In this document: piece by piece, positions 9,112 through 18,916 of the stretch | How the letters are laid out: the number at the start of each line of letters is the position of its first letter | Position numbering within the stretch: the first letter of the stretch is position 1 | NCBI GenBank assembly: GCA_964621975.1 | Contig: CAZUOD010000001.1 | Span: forward strand, 1 to 33,247 | Direction: 5' to 3' | From: an uncultured Atopobium sp. | GTDB taxonomy: Bacteria > Actinomycetota > Coriobacteriia > Coriobacteriales > Atopobiaceae | Length of the DNA: 33,247 nt | Notes under the pieces: model-generated | The model's input: only the letters and a program-made list of their open reading frames with translations | Databases searched by the model: none | What the model was told of the DNA's origin: nothing | Program-made: the position numbers and the translations under genes

Positions 9112-9639
9112 CTAGGAGCGATGCCTGCGGCGCCTCATGCGCGCCGCGCGCAGCCGCCAGGCCGGCGCCGAGCCCACCTCCACGACGCGGCCCGGGCGAC
9201 GGGGCGCCCGCTCGGCCCGGCGCACCTCCTCCACGACCCTGCGCATCGTCTCGTCGCGGCGCGCCCCCTTGAGGCGGCACTCCCACACCACGAGCACCGT
9301 CCACCCCCGCTGGGCCAGAAGCGCGCGGTCGCGCTCGTCGCGCGCGCGGTTGCGGGCGAACTTGGCCTGCCAGAACCCCGCGTTGGAGCGTGGGGTCGGC
9401 AGGGCGCAGTAGGGGCAGCGGTGCCAGAAGCACCCGTGCACGAAGATGGCCACGCGCCGGCCGGGGAAGCACACGTCGGGGCGACCGGGCGCCTTCTTCC
9501 AGTGCAGGCGGTAGCCCGTGAGCCCCGCCGCGCGCAGGGCCGCGCGCACCACGAGCTCGGGCTTGGTGTCCTTGCCCCGGTTGGCCTGCATGACGTGGCG
9601 CGTGGCCAGCGAGCTCGCGCGCGGGGTACGCTCGCTCAC
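9112..9639 (-). CDS. vsr: Very short patch repair endonuclease
   Basis: MQANRGKDTKPE, GRPD, FVHGCFWHRC, FWQAKFARNRARD, GWTVLVVWEC; GTG start overlaps the upstream stop (GTGA). Confidence 0.9.
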   Translation of the reverse strand: MSERTPRASSLATRHVMQANRGKDTKPELVVRAALRAAGLTGYRLHWKKAPGRPDVCFPGRRVAIFVHGCFWHRCPYCALPTPRSNAGFWQAKFARNRARDERDRALLAQRGWTVLVVWECRLKGARRDETMRRVVEEVRRAERAPRRPGRVVEVGSAPAWRLRAARMRRRRHRS

Positions 9640-10601
9640 CAGTCGAACGGCGCGTCAGGGGCCGAGGGGGCGCCCTCGAAGTTGATGTCTCCCGTGAGCG
9701 CGCGGGCCACCTCCAGGCCGGGCTCGCTCGAGAGGAGCTCGTCGACGAGCGGCAGCGCCCGGGCCTGCGCGGCGTCGAAGAGCTCCCAGAAGCTCGCGCG
9801 CGAGACCTCGTGCGTGAAGGGGTTCTCCCAGGGGAGCCCCCCGCGGTTGTCGAAGTCCGAGACCTCCTCCGCGCGCGGGCGGTGCGACATCGCGTTGATC
9901 AGCGAGAAGGGGCTTCTCGTGAGCACGCGCTCGGCGCTGCCGAGAAGGGCTCGCCGACACCCCGACGGCGAGTCGAAGGCATGCTGGACAAGGCGGTGCC
10001 TGCGCACGGCGACGGAGAACGTCCTGGGGTCTATGGCGCGTCCGTAGACCCACAGCGCCACGTAGAAGTAGACCTTGTCCAAGGCTCGCAGCACCGCGCG
10101 CGAGGCCCTGAGCGCGCGCTCGTGCGGGCGCCACCCCTCGACCGTGCGCCCCGTGAGCGAGAAGAGCACCATCTCGTCGAGGTCGCGCTCGATCTCGGCG
10201 TGGACCTTCGAGCCGCATGACTCGTCAAGGCCGTCCACCCCCGCCGAGCAGAGGCCTCGCTGCCAGAAGTAGACGAACGGGTGCATCGTGGAGTCGAGCA
10301 GCCAGTGGCACGAGAAGCCCGCCACGTAGGCCTTGGCCACCTCGCGCTCGTGGCCGGCGAGGCACTCGGCGGCCTCGCGCATGGCGGCCAGCAGCGCCGC
10401 CGGGCGCGACTCGTGCATGACGTGGCCGAGCCGGACCCACTTGTGCATGAGGGGGTCGCAGACGATGTAGAAGAGCGGGTCGGGGCCCTGGCTTCCCAGA
10501 AGGAAGGCGTCGCGCTCGTCCTGGGTGCCAAAGCAGAGCAGGTCGGAGACGTCGTCCAGGACGCTCCGCCCAAAGAGGTCGTGCGTGAGAATCGCAGGCA
10601 T
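9636..10601 (-). CDS. Zinc-dependent phospholipase C-like protein
   Basis: MPAILTH N-terminus, FLLGSQGPD, HWLLDSTMHP, HAEIE; no evident signal peptide. Confidence 0.75.
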   Translation of the reverse strand: MPAILTHDLFGRSVLDDVSDLLCFGTQDERDAFLLGSQGPDPLFYIVCDPLMHKWVRLGHVMHESRPAALLAAMREAAECLAGHEREVAKAYVAGFSCHWLLDSTMHPFVYFWQRGLCSAGVDGLDESCGSKVHAEIERDLDEMVLFSLTGRTVEGWRPHERALRASRAVLRALDKVYFYVALWVYGRAIDPRTFSVAVRRHRLVQHAFDSPSGCRRALLGSAERVLTRSPFSLINAMSHRPRAEEVSDFDNRGGLPWENPFTHEVSRASFWELFDAAQARALPLVDELLSSEPGLEVARALTGDINFEGAPSAPDAPFDW

Positions 10602-10656
10602 GCCACGTCCCTTCGTCGACTGCGCGCAAGACGCCCCTCACGCGCCCTCCGCACGC

Positions 10657-10665
10657 TACACTCTA
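10657..10665. promoter_or_regulatory. Overlapping divergent -10-like hexamers (TACACT on +, TAGAGT on -)
   Basis: Located in the ~105 nt gap between the divergent Zn-PLC-like and MFS genes. Confidence 0.35.
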
Positions 10666-10706
10666 CCAAACGGCATGGCCCGAGCGGCCCCAAGGAGAGG
10701 AGAGTC

Positions 10707-11924
10707 ATGGCCCGCCAGAAGATGACCACGGCCGAGAGGAGCTGGGTCGCCTACGACGTGGGCAACTCCGCTCTCGTCCTTCTCGCCACGAGCGTCATAC
10801 CCATCTACTTCTCGTCGCTGGCGCCCGAGGGCGGCGTCGTGGTGGCGTGGAGCTACGCCGAGACCGTGGCGTCGCTGATCATCGCCCTGCTCATGCCCGT
10901 CCTCGGCTCTGTCGCCGACATGCAGGGCATGAAGAAGCGCTTCATCGCCGGGTGCGTGGGGACGGGCGCCGTGGCCTGCGTGGCCATGGGATTCGCCACC
11001 ACCGCGATGGCGTTTCTCATCATCTACGTGATCTCGTCGGTGGCGCTCAACTCGTCGATGGTCTTCTACGACGCGCTGCTGGTGGACACCACCACGGACG
11101 ACCGCATGGACGAGGTCTCGAGCCAGGGCTACGCCTGGGGCTACATCGGCAGCTGCGTGCCGTTCATCGTGTGCCTGGCCGTGGTGCTCGGCTACGAGGC
11201 GCTCGGCATCACGCTGCAGGTGGCCATGAGGATCGCGTTCGTGATCACGGCGGCGTGGTGGATCGCCTTCACCGTGCCGCTCATGCGAAACGTCCGCCAG
11301 GTCCACTTCAAGCCGCGCGAGGACCACGCGCTCAGGGGCGCGGTGCGCGGCCTTGCCGCCACGCTGCGCGAGATCTGGGCCAACCGCACGATCCGCTACT
11401 ACATGATCGCGTACTTCTTCTACATCGACGGCGTGCACACCATCATCAAGCTCTCAACGAGCTACGGCACCGACCTCGGCATCGACTCCACGCAGCTCGT
11501 ACTGGCGCTGCTGGTCACGCAGATAGTGGCCTTCCCCTCGGCCATCGCGTACGGGCGACTCGCGGGCCGCTTTGGGACGCGCCGCATGCTGCTCGTGGCC
11601 ATTGGCGCCTACCTGGGCATCACGCTCTTTGCCGCGTTCTTCCTGCAGTCGGCCGCCGAGTTCTGGTTCCTGGCCATCCTCGTGGGCATGTTCCAGGGCG
11701 GCATCCAGGCGCTCTCGAGAAGCGAGTTCGGCAAGCTCTGCCCCAAGGACCGCGCCAACGAGTACTTCGGCTTCTTCGACATCTTCGGCAAGTACGCGGC
11801 GGTCCTCGGGACGTTCCTCGTGGGAACCTTCACGGCCCTCACCGGCAACTCGAGCCTGGGCGTGCTCTCGATCGCGGCGCTGTTCGTGGTGGGCTTCGTC
11901 GTGATGCTGCGCGTCCCGGAGTAG
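10707..11924 (+). CDS. MFS transporter, UMF1/Atg22-like family
   Basis: SWVAYDVGNS, VFYDALL, VSSQGYAWGYIG, FFYIDGV, GGIQALSRS, EYFGFF; about 12 hydrophobic segments; GGAGAGGAG RBS before ATG 10707. Confidence 0.88.
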   Translation: MARQKMTTAERSWVAYDVGNSALVLLATSVIPIYFSSLAPEGGVVVAWSYAETVASLIIALLMPVLGSVADMQGMKKRFIAGCVGTGAVACVAMGFATTAMAFLIIYVISSVALNSSMVFYDALLVDTTTDDRMDEVSSQGYAWGYIGSCVPFIVCLAVVLGYEALGITLQVAMRIAFVITAAWWIAFTVPLMRNVRQVHFKPREDHALRGAVRGLAATLREIWANRTIRYYMIAYFFYIDGVHTIIKLSTSYGTDLGIDSTQLVLALLVTQIVAFPSAIAYGRLAGRFGTRRMLLVAIGAYLGITLFAAFFLQSAAEFWFLAILVGMFQGGIQALSRSEFGKLCPKDRANEYFGFFDIFGKYAAVLGTFLVGTFTALTGNSSLGVLSIAALFVVGFVVMLRVPE

Positions 11925-11965
11925 GGCCGGCAGGCGCACCCGGACACCGGTTGGCGAGAGGAACC

Positions 11966-12011
11966 TGCGGGTTGCGGACGTTCTTCTCGGCTAGAGCGTC
12001 CGCAACCTGCA
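11966..12011. repeat. Hairpin repeat unit 1 (15-bp arm / 16-nt loop / 15-bp arm)
   Basis: tgcgggttgcggacg (11966-11980) + ttcttctcggctagag + cgtccgcaacctgca (11997-12011). Confidence 0.9.
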
Positions 12012-12037
12012 TCTGGCCGAAGCGTGCTGGCCTGACG

Positions 12038-12083
12038 TGCGGGTTGCGGACGTTTTTGTGGGGAGAACCGTCCACGATCTGCA
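12038..12083. repeat. Hairpin repeat unit 2
   Basis: tgcgggttgcggacg (12038-12052) + tttttgtggggagaac + cgtccacgatctgca (12069-12083, degenerate right arm); starts 72 nt after unit 1. Confidence 0.85.
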
Positions 12084-12126
12084 GATAGGACGGAGGGTGG
12101 CACGGTCTGCCGGAGGTTCGGCGGCA

Positions 12127-13186
12127 TCATCCCCTCGCCCGGCGGAGGGCCTCCCAGTCCGGGGCAAACGGCACCCCCTCCGGCAGCGCGAGCGGCGAGC
12201 CGCGCCTCGGCACGCCGTACTCGTCGAGCAGGGCAGCGAACTCCCAGGGCCGGCTCGTCTGCCCGAAGCCAAACCTCACGAGCGAGACGTCGTAGAGCGT
12301 GAACCGGGAGCCGCGGATGTTCTCGTCGGAGAGGACGTCGTCGATGCTCCGGCCGCCCATGAGCTCCTCCTCCACGTACTTCCCCCTGCCGTCCAGCTCC
12401 CCCCAAGATCACGCGCCCGTCCGCACGGCCCCAGCAGAAGTCGGCGCGGTAGGGGCGGCCGTGCCCGGTCACGCGCGGCACCTCGACCTGCAGCTCGGGC
12501 CGGGCAAAGCCGAGCTGCAGCATGCGACCGCGCGCGATGGACTCCCCGCCGTTCTCGGAGCGAGGGTCCGCCCAGGGAAGCAGGTCGAGGACGCGGCCGA
12601 CGCCCCGACGCCGCGGCCGCACGGATTCGGCATGGTCCTCGAGCTCCCTGCCGCTCACGACACCGATCCGCAGGGCCGAGTCGATGATGCCGAGGCCATG
12701 CGGGAAGTCGGTCCACCTCAGGCAGTCGAGCACCGTCTGCTCGGGCAAGGTCACCCTCAGCCCGCCGACCACCTCGGTGCCGCGCACGGGCTCCGTCTCG
12801 TCCAGCACCGGGTGCCTCGTGACCAGCGAGGCGTTTGTCCCGCAGCCCGTCGGGGTGGTCGCGACGTGGACGCTTCCGGACAGCGCGTTCGAGACGTCGA
12901 TCCCGTATGCGAGGGCAGCCGTTGGCCCGCAGAAGACCCAGCCGGGATGAAGGGCCTGCAGCCCCCGGGCAAGCCAGAGCGCACGCTCCGACGACGAGAG
13001 GCCCGACCAGGTCGCGGCGTCCGCGAAGAGGCCGCGTGCCGGGGAGCTCACCGCGCCGGCGGCGACCCGACGCGAGAGGGCGCGACGGATGCGGCCGACG
13101 TCATCCCCGCTCGGCACGTAGCAGCTGCCCCTCTCGGCTGACCCGGCGAGCAGCTCGGCGACCCTCTCGTCAACGGCGTGGCTCAT
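12127..13186 (-). pseudogene. AbiEi-like / Vsr-DUF559-like (PD-(D/E)XK) protein, split by a +1 frameshift at a G6 tract (352 aa if corrected)
   Basis: ATG 13186 with GGAGGAGGGG RBS; motifs FCGPTAALAYG, LRVTLPEQTVLDCLR, IIDSALR, ADPRSENGGES, PELQVEV, YRADFCW. Removing one G at 12399-12404 joins VILG to ELDGRGKY...LLDEYGVPR in the 12127-12375 frame. Family call is by motif recognition. Confidence 0.75.
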
Positions 13187-13414
13187 GTGACCCCTCCTCC
13201 GACATGCGCGTGGAGGGGCATTGTCCGCGAAGGCGCGGACACGGACTCGCATCATTGTTCTTAATGTTTGGTATCTTGTGCGATATCCTGGCCTCGAGGA
13301 GAGGCGTTCCCAGCGCAGGGTGGTCGCGGAGCGGCCGGAAGGCGAGCCGTACGTCTCGCGCAAGGTTCGCCAACGGCGGTTTGCGTCGGCGAGCGGCAGG
13401 CTCCCTGCGAAAGG

Positions 13415-13460
13415 TGCGGGTTGTGGACGCTTCGCTCGACCAGACCGTCCGGAACCCGCA
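13415..13460. repeat. Hairpin repeat unit 3
   Basis: tgcgggttgtggacg (13415-13429) + cttcgctcgaccagac + cgtccggaacccgca (13446-13460). Confidence 0.88.
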
Positions 13461-13483
13461 GGCACGGACCCGAGAGCAAACGA

Positions 13484-13535
13484 ACGCGCAGGTTGCGGAC
13501 GTCCCACCGGGACAAACCGTCCGCAACCTGCGCGT
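13484..13535. repeat. Hairpin repeat unit 4 (perfect 18-bp arms)
   Basis: acgcgcaggttgcggacg (13484-13501) + tcccaccgggacaaac + cgtccgcaacctgcgcgt (13518-13535); core starts at 13487, 72 nt after unit 3. Confidence 0.9.
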
Positions 13536-13567
13536 GGCGAATCAGGGCCAGCGGGTGGCGAGGACCC

Positions 13568-14845
<1,278 letters not shown>

Positions 14846-14866
14846 GTCTGCTCCCTTCGCGTGGGC

Positions 14867-15742
14867 CTAGTCCTGTGTGGACTTGGTACCGCAGCCGGCA
14901 TCGGTGATTATCTCGAGCAGCAGCGAGTGCGGGAAGGTCCCGTTGAGGATGACGACCTCGCTGACGCCCGCGTCGAGCGCCTCGGCGATCGAGCGGATCT
15001 TGGGGATCATCCCGCCGTCGAGCTCGCCGGACTCGAGGAGCTGGTGGGTCTCGGTGCGCGAGAGGCTCTGGATGAGGGTGTCCTCGTCGCTGACGTCGCC
15101 GTAGAGGCCGTCCACGTCGGTGAGGTAGATGAGCTTGTCGGCACCCATGGCCTCGGCGTTCTTGCCGGCGGCGATGTCGGCGTTGATGTTGAAGAAGCCG
15201 TCCGGGCCGCAGCCCACCGTGGCCACGACGGGGATGTAGCCGTCGCTCAGGATCGTCTCGATCAGGCTGGGGTCGACCTCGCGGATGCGGCCCACGCGAC
15301 CGAGGCCGGGGTCTACGGGCTCGGCCTTGAGGGTCTTGCCGTCGGCACCGGATATGCCCACGGCGTTGTGGCCGTACTCGTTGAGCGCCCAGACGAGCTT
15401 CTGGTTGACCTCGCCCACGAGCACCTGCTGGACGGCGCGCATGGTGGCGTCGTCGGTCACGCGCAGGCCGTCCTTGAAGGAGACGGGAAGGCGCAAGTCC
15501 TCGAGCTGGGCGTTTATCGACTTTCCGCCGCCGTGGACGACCACGATGCGGATCCCTATGAGCTTGAGGAGCTCGATGTCGGCCACGACCTGGCGGCAGA
15601 GCTCGTCGTGTTCCATCGCGGCGCCCCCGTACTTGATGACGAAGGTCTTGCCCCGCATGCGGTTGATCCAGGGCAGCGCCTCCATGAGGACGTCGACCTT
15701 CGACGACGCCGCCTCGCGCTGCTGACGGTCACGCTGTTGCAT
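14867..15742 (-). CDS. argB: Acetylglutamate kinase
   Basis: VIKYGGAAM, VHGGG, GLRVTD, NINAD, LTDVDG, GGMIPK. Confidence 0.95.
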   Translation of the reverse strand: MQQRDRQQREAASSKVDVLMEALPWINRMRGKTFVIKYGGAAMEHDELCRQVVADIELLKLIGIRIVVVHGGGKSINAQLEDLRLPVSFKDGLRVTDDATMRAVQQVLVGEVNQKLVWALNEYGHNAVGISGADGKTLKAEPVDPGLGRVGRIREVDPSLIETILSDGYIPVVATVGCGPDGFFNINADIAAGKNAEAMGADKLIYLTDVDGLYGDVSDEDTLIQSLSRTETHQLLESGELDGGMIPKIRSIAEALDAGVSEVVILNGTFPHSLLLEIITDAGCGTKSTQD

Positions 15743-15772
15743 CGGTTCTCCTTACTGCGTGCGCATGCGCGC

Positions 15773-17059
15773 CTAGGTGCGGTAGTCGCCGTTGATGGTC
15801 ACGTAGTCGTGGGTGAGGTCGCAGGTCCACACGCGCGTCGAGGCCTCGCCCATCCCCAGGCCCACGGTGATGACGACCTCGGGCGCCTCGAAGCGCGCGA
15901 GCATCTCGTCCTCGTCCATGGGCACGGTGAGCCCGCCTCGGCACACGGGCACGCCCATGAAGTCGATGTCCACCCTCGACTGGTCGAACGGCACGCCGCA
16001 CTTGCCGGCAGCGGCGGCCACGCGGCCCCAGTTGGCGTCGTGGCCGAAGACGGCCGTCTTGACGAGCGGCGAGTTGGCGATGGCGCGCGCGCAGGTGTCG
16101 GCGTCTGCGGCCGAGGCCGCGCCCACGACGTTCACGGTCACGAGCTTGGTCGCGCCCTCGCCGTCGGCCGCGATCTGGCGCGCGAGCTCCGTGCAGGCGG
16201 CCCTGATCGCCGCCGCGACGGCCGGGTAGGCCGCCGACGAGACCCCGATGGGCTCGCAGGGCGCCTCGCCGGTGGCGAGCAGGAAGGCCGAGTCGTTGGT
16301 GGAGGTGTCGGAGTCGACGGTCACCTTGTTGAAGCTCTCGCCGACGGCACAGAGGAGCGCCTCGTGGGCGGCCTCGGCCGTGAGCGGGGCGTCCGTCGAC
16401 AGGACGGCGAGCATCGTGGCCATATTGGGCTGGATCATGCCCGAGCCCTTGACGAAGCCGCCCACGTGCACGAGCGCCTCGCCGCCGCGCCCGTCGGGCA
16501 CGCGCCCGGCGAGGGAGACCTCCTTGGCGTGGGTGTCCGTGGTCATGACGGCGCAGGCCGCGTCATGGGCGGCCTCGGGGCTGTGGGCGAGCGCCGCCGC
16601 GGCGGCCGGCACGCCGGACAGGTAGGGCCCGAGGGGAAGCTCCACGCCGATGACGCCCGTCGAGGCCACGAGCACGTCGTCCGCCTCGCAGCCGAGCTCG
16701 CCGGCCACCAGCTCGCAGGCGCGCAGGGCGCAGGCGATGCCCGGCTCGCCGGTGGCGGCGTTGGCGTTTCCGGAGTTGAGCACGATGGCCCGGGCGCGTC
16801 CCGAGGCCACGCGCGCGCGGCTCACGCTCACGGGCGCCGCGCAGAAGCGGTTGGTGGTGAAGGTCGCAGCGGCCACGCAGGGCCGCTCGGCGGCCACGAG
16901 GGCCAGGTCGAGGCGCTCGGGGTTTCTCCTGAAGCCGGCCGAGACGCCGGCGGCGAGGATCCCCTCGGCGGCGCACACGCCGCCCTCGCAGGGGACGAAT
17001 CCGAAGGCCTCGGGCGCGTCGGGCGCCATCGGGACCTCAAGGGGCTCAAGGGTGCTCAT
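15773..17059 (-). CDS. argJ: Ornithine acetyltransferase / N-acetylglutamate synthase
   Basis: NSGNANA, STGVIG, MTTDT, KGSGMIQPNMATML, VDSDTSTND, DGEGATK, DANWGR, INGDYRT; GAAGGAG RBS before ATG 17059. Confidence 0.95.
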   Translation of the reverse strand: MSTLEPLEVPMAPDAPEAFGFVPCEGGVCAAEGILAAGVSAGFRRNPERLDLALVAAERPCVAAATFTTNRFCAAPVSVSRARVASGRARAIVLNSGNANAATGEPGIACALRACELVAGELGCEADDVLVASTGVIGVELPLGPYLSGVPAAAAALAHSPEAAHDAACAVMTTDTHAKEVSLAGRVPDGRGGEALVHVGGFVKGSGMIQPNMATMLAVLSTDAPLTAEAAHEALLCAVGESFNKVTVDSDTSTNDSAFLLATGEAPCEPIGVSSAAYPAVAAAIRAACTELARQIAADGEGATKLVTVNVVGAASAADADTCARAIANSPLVKTAVFGHDANWGRVAAAAGKCGVPFDQSRVDIDFMGVPVCRGGLTVPMDEDEMLARFEAPEVVITVGLGMGEASTRVWTCDLTHDYVTINGDYRT

Positions 17060-17118
17060 GGGTGCTCCTTCGTCTGGGCGCGCTCCCGCGCCCGAGCAGA
17101 TCCGTGGTGACGCGCCGC

Positions 17119-18195
17119 CTAGATGAGCGGCGCCGGGGCGAGAAGCCCCTCGGTCTCGGGAAGGCCGCAGACGATGTTGGCGCACTGCACGGCCTGGGCC
17201 GCCGCGCCCTTCCCGAGGTTGTCGATCGCGCAGCTGGCGATGATCGTGCGGCGTCGTCGGTCGTCCAGGACCACGCCCAGCTGGGCGCGAGCGGTCCCCA
17301 CCACGGATGAGGTGGCCGGCATGGCGCCCTCCGCGAGCACGCTCACGAGGGGCTCGTCGGCATAGCGCCGCTCGTAGGCAACACGGACGTCCGCGGCCGA
17401 GACGCCCGGAGCGCACTCCAGGTAGACCGTGGCGAGCAGCCCGCGCGTGAGCGGGGCGAGGTGCGGGGTGAAGACCACCGACACCTCGCGACCGGCCGCC
17501 TCGGTGAGCGTCTGCTCGATCTCGGGGGTGTGGCGGTGGCTCGCCACGCCGTAGGCCTCGACCGACTCGTTGGCGTGGCAGAAGTGCGTCCGCGCGTTGC
17601 AGGAGCGACCCGCGCCCGAGACGCCCGAGATGGCGTCGGCGATCACGAGGTCGCCCGTGGCAAGGCCCGCCTCGAGGGCAGGGACGGCGGCGAGCGCCGT
17701 GGCCGTGGGGTAGCAGCCCGGGACGGCCACGAGCACGGCCTCACCCGCGGCGCGGCGCGCGGCCAGGGAGGCGAGGCCCTCGCGGTAGAGCTCAGGCAGG
17801 CCGTAGACGGTCTGGCCGAGCAGCTCGGGGCTCGTGTGCGGCGTGGCGTACCAGGCCTCGTAGGTGGCAGGGTCATGCAGGCGGTAGTCGGCCGAGAGGT
17901 CGAGCACCGTCACGCCGCGCTCGAGCAGGGCGGGCGTGAGGGCGAGCGAGGCCGTGTGCGGCACGGCGAGAAAGGCGATGTCCGCGGCGCGCGCCACGGC
18001 ATCAGGGTCCGGCTGGGAGAGCACGATGTCGCACGCCCCCGCCATCGAGGGGTAGACCTCGTCGAGCCTCCTGCCGGCCTCCTTGCGGTCGGTGGCCATC
18101 GTGAGCGTGAGGTCGGGGTGGGCGAGCACCAGGCGGCAGGCCTCTATCCCCGCGAAGCCCGTTGCCCCGACGACGCACGCCCGTATGCATCCCAT
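17119..18195 (-). CDS. argC: N-acetyl-gamma-glutamyl-phosphate reductase
   Basis: GATGFAG, DLSADYRL, YGLPE, PGCYPT, SGVSGAG, HRHTPEI, FTPHL, IDNLGKGAA. Confidence 0.95.
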   Translation of the reverse strand: MGCIRACVVGATGFAGIEACRLVLAHPDLTLTMATDRKEAGRRLDEVYPSMAGACDIVLSQPDPDAVARAADIAFLAVPHTASLALTPALLERGVTVLDLSADYRLHDPATYEAWYATPHTSPELLGQTVYGLPELYREGLASLAARRAAGEAVLVAVPGCYPTATALAAVPALEAGLATGDLVIADAISGVSGAGRSCNARTHFCHANESVEAYGVASHRHTPEIEQTLTEAAGREVSVVFTPHLAPLTRGLLATVYLECAPGVSAADVRVAYERRYADEPLVSVLAEGAMPATSSVVGTARAQLGVVLDDRRRRTIIASCAIDNLGKGAAAQAVQCANIVCGLPETEGLLAPAPLI

Positions 18196-18259
18196 CCTGC
18201 GTTTCCCCCCAAGCTCTCGCATGCTTCGCCCCGACGGAGGGCCGGCGGCCGGCACGCTG

Positions 18260-18288
18260 AATCTAGTCACATCCAGGGCCCTTGTCAA
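18260..18288 (-). promoter_or_regulatory. Sigma70-type promoter of argCJBD: TTGACA-N17-TAGATT
   Basis: Perfect -35 (18283-18288), 17-nt spacer and TAGATT -10 (18260-18265) on the minus strand. Confidence 0.75.
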
Positions 18289-18334
18289 CGCCGGGCGCCG
18301 CCCTGACATGCGCCCGACACACGGGACGGCCCCG

Positions 18335-18916
18335 CTACCTGAGCACCACGCCCTCGCTGACCTGGCGCACGGCCTCGTCGCCGAGGTAGTGGCGCACGAT
18401 CTCGAGCCCGAAGGCCATGGCGGTGCCCGCCCCCTGGCTCGTGATCACGCCACCGTCGACCACCACGGCGGCATCGGGCTCGAGCGTGGCGCCGTGCTCG
18501 GCGAGCACGTGCTGGAACCCCGGGTTGGCCGTCGCGCGCCGCCCCTCGAGCAGGCCGAGCTCCGCGAGGACCGAGGGCGCCGCGCAGATGGCCGCGAGGG
18601 GCCTGCCCGCCGCGGCGAAGGAGCGAAGCGCCTCGCAGAGCGGCTCGCAGGCGCGCAGGTTGGGCGTGCCGGGGATGCCGCCGGGCAGGACGAGCATGTC
18701 GTAGTCATCGAAGGAGAAGCCCTCGTCGGCGACGGAGCGGTCGCAGACGATGGTGACCTCGTGGGATGACGTGACCGTGCGCTCGGCCGTCACGGCCACC
18801 GTGTCGCACGGGACCCCCGCCCGAAACAGGAGGTCGACCACCGTGAGGCCCTCGATCTCCTCGAGCCCCGGCGCCACGAAGACCGCCACGCGCCTGTCTG
18901 TAGCCTGGTTGAACAT
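18335..18916 (-). CDS. DJ-1/PfpI (YajL/ThiJ-like) protein
   Basis: GLEEIE, LVLPGGIPG, AAICAAP (nucleophile Cys), ITSQGAGTA. Confidence 0.9.
   Translation of the reverse strand: MFNQATDRRVAVFVAPGLEEIEGLTVVDLLFRAGVPCDTVAVTAERTVTSSHEVTIVCDRSVADEGFSFDDYDMLVLPGGIPGTPNLRACEPLCEALRSFAAAGRPLAAICAAPSVLAELGLLEGRRATANPGFQHVLAEHGATLEPDAAVVVDGGVITSQGAGTAMAFGLEIVRHYLGDEAVRQVSEGVVLR

Noticed and set aside
11966-12083. Downstream hairpins as simple terminators for the convergent genes
   Set aside because: No U-tract follows the stems, and the same units with the same spacing recur on the other side of the gene. A secondary terminator role is not excluded.
11609-13507. 632-aa ORF with repeated RPQPA peptides at both ends
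   Set aside because: The peptide repeats are just translations of the DNA hairpin arms. The RBS-supported start is 13186, and the long tail results from the frameshift.
11966-13535. CRISPR array or insertion sequence interpretation of the repeats
   Set aside because: There are only two units per side, the arms are inverted pairs around a variable loop, and no cas gene or DDE/HUH transposase motif is present. The units appear co-oriented rather than forming terminal inverted repeats.
11923-13567. Imperfect direct similarities at the module edges (agggccggcagg at 11923 vs agggccagcggg at 13544; tggcga..gga.cc on both sides) as a target-site duplication
   Set aside because: The matches are short, imperfect and GC-rich, so they could be chance. 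An empty-site comparison would be needed.
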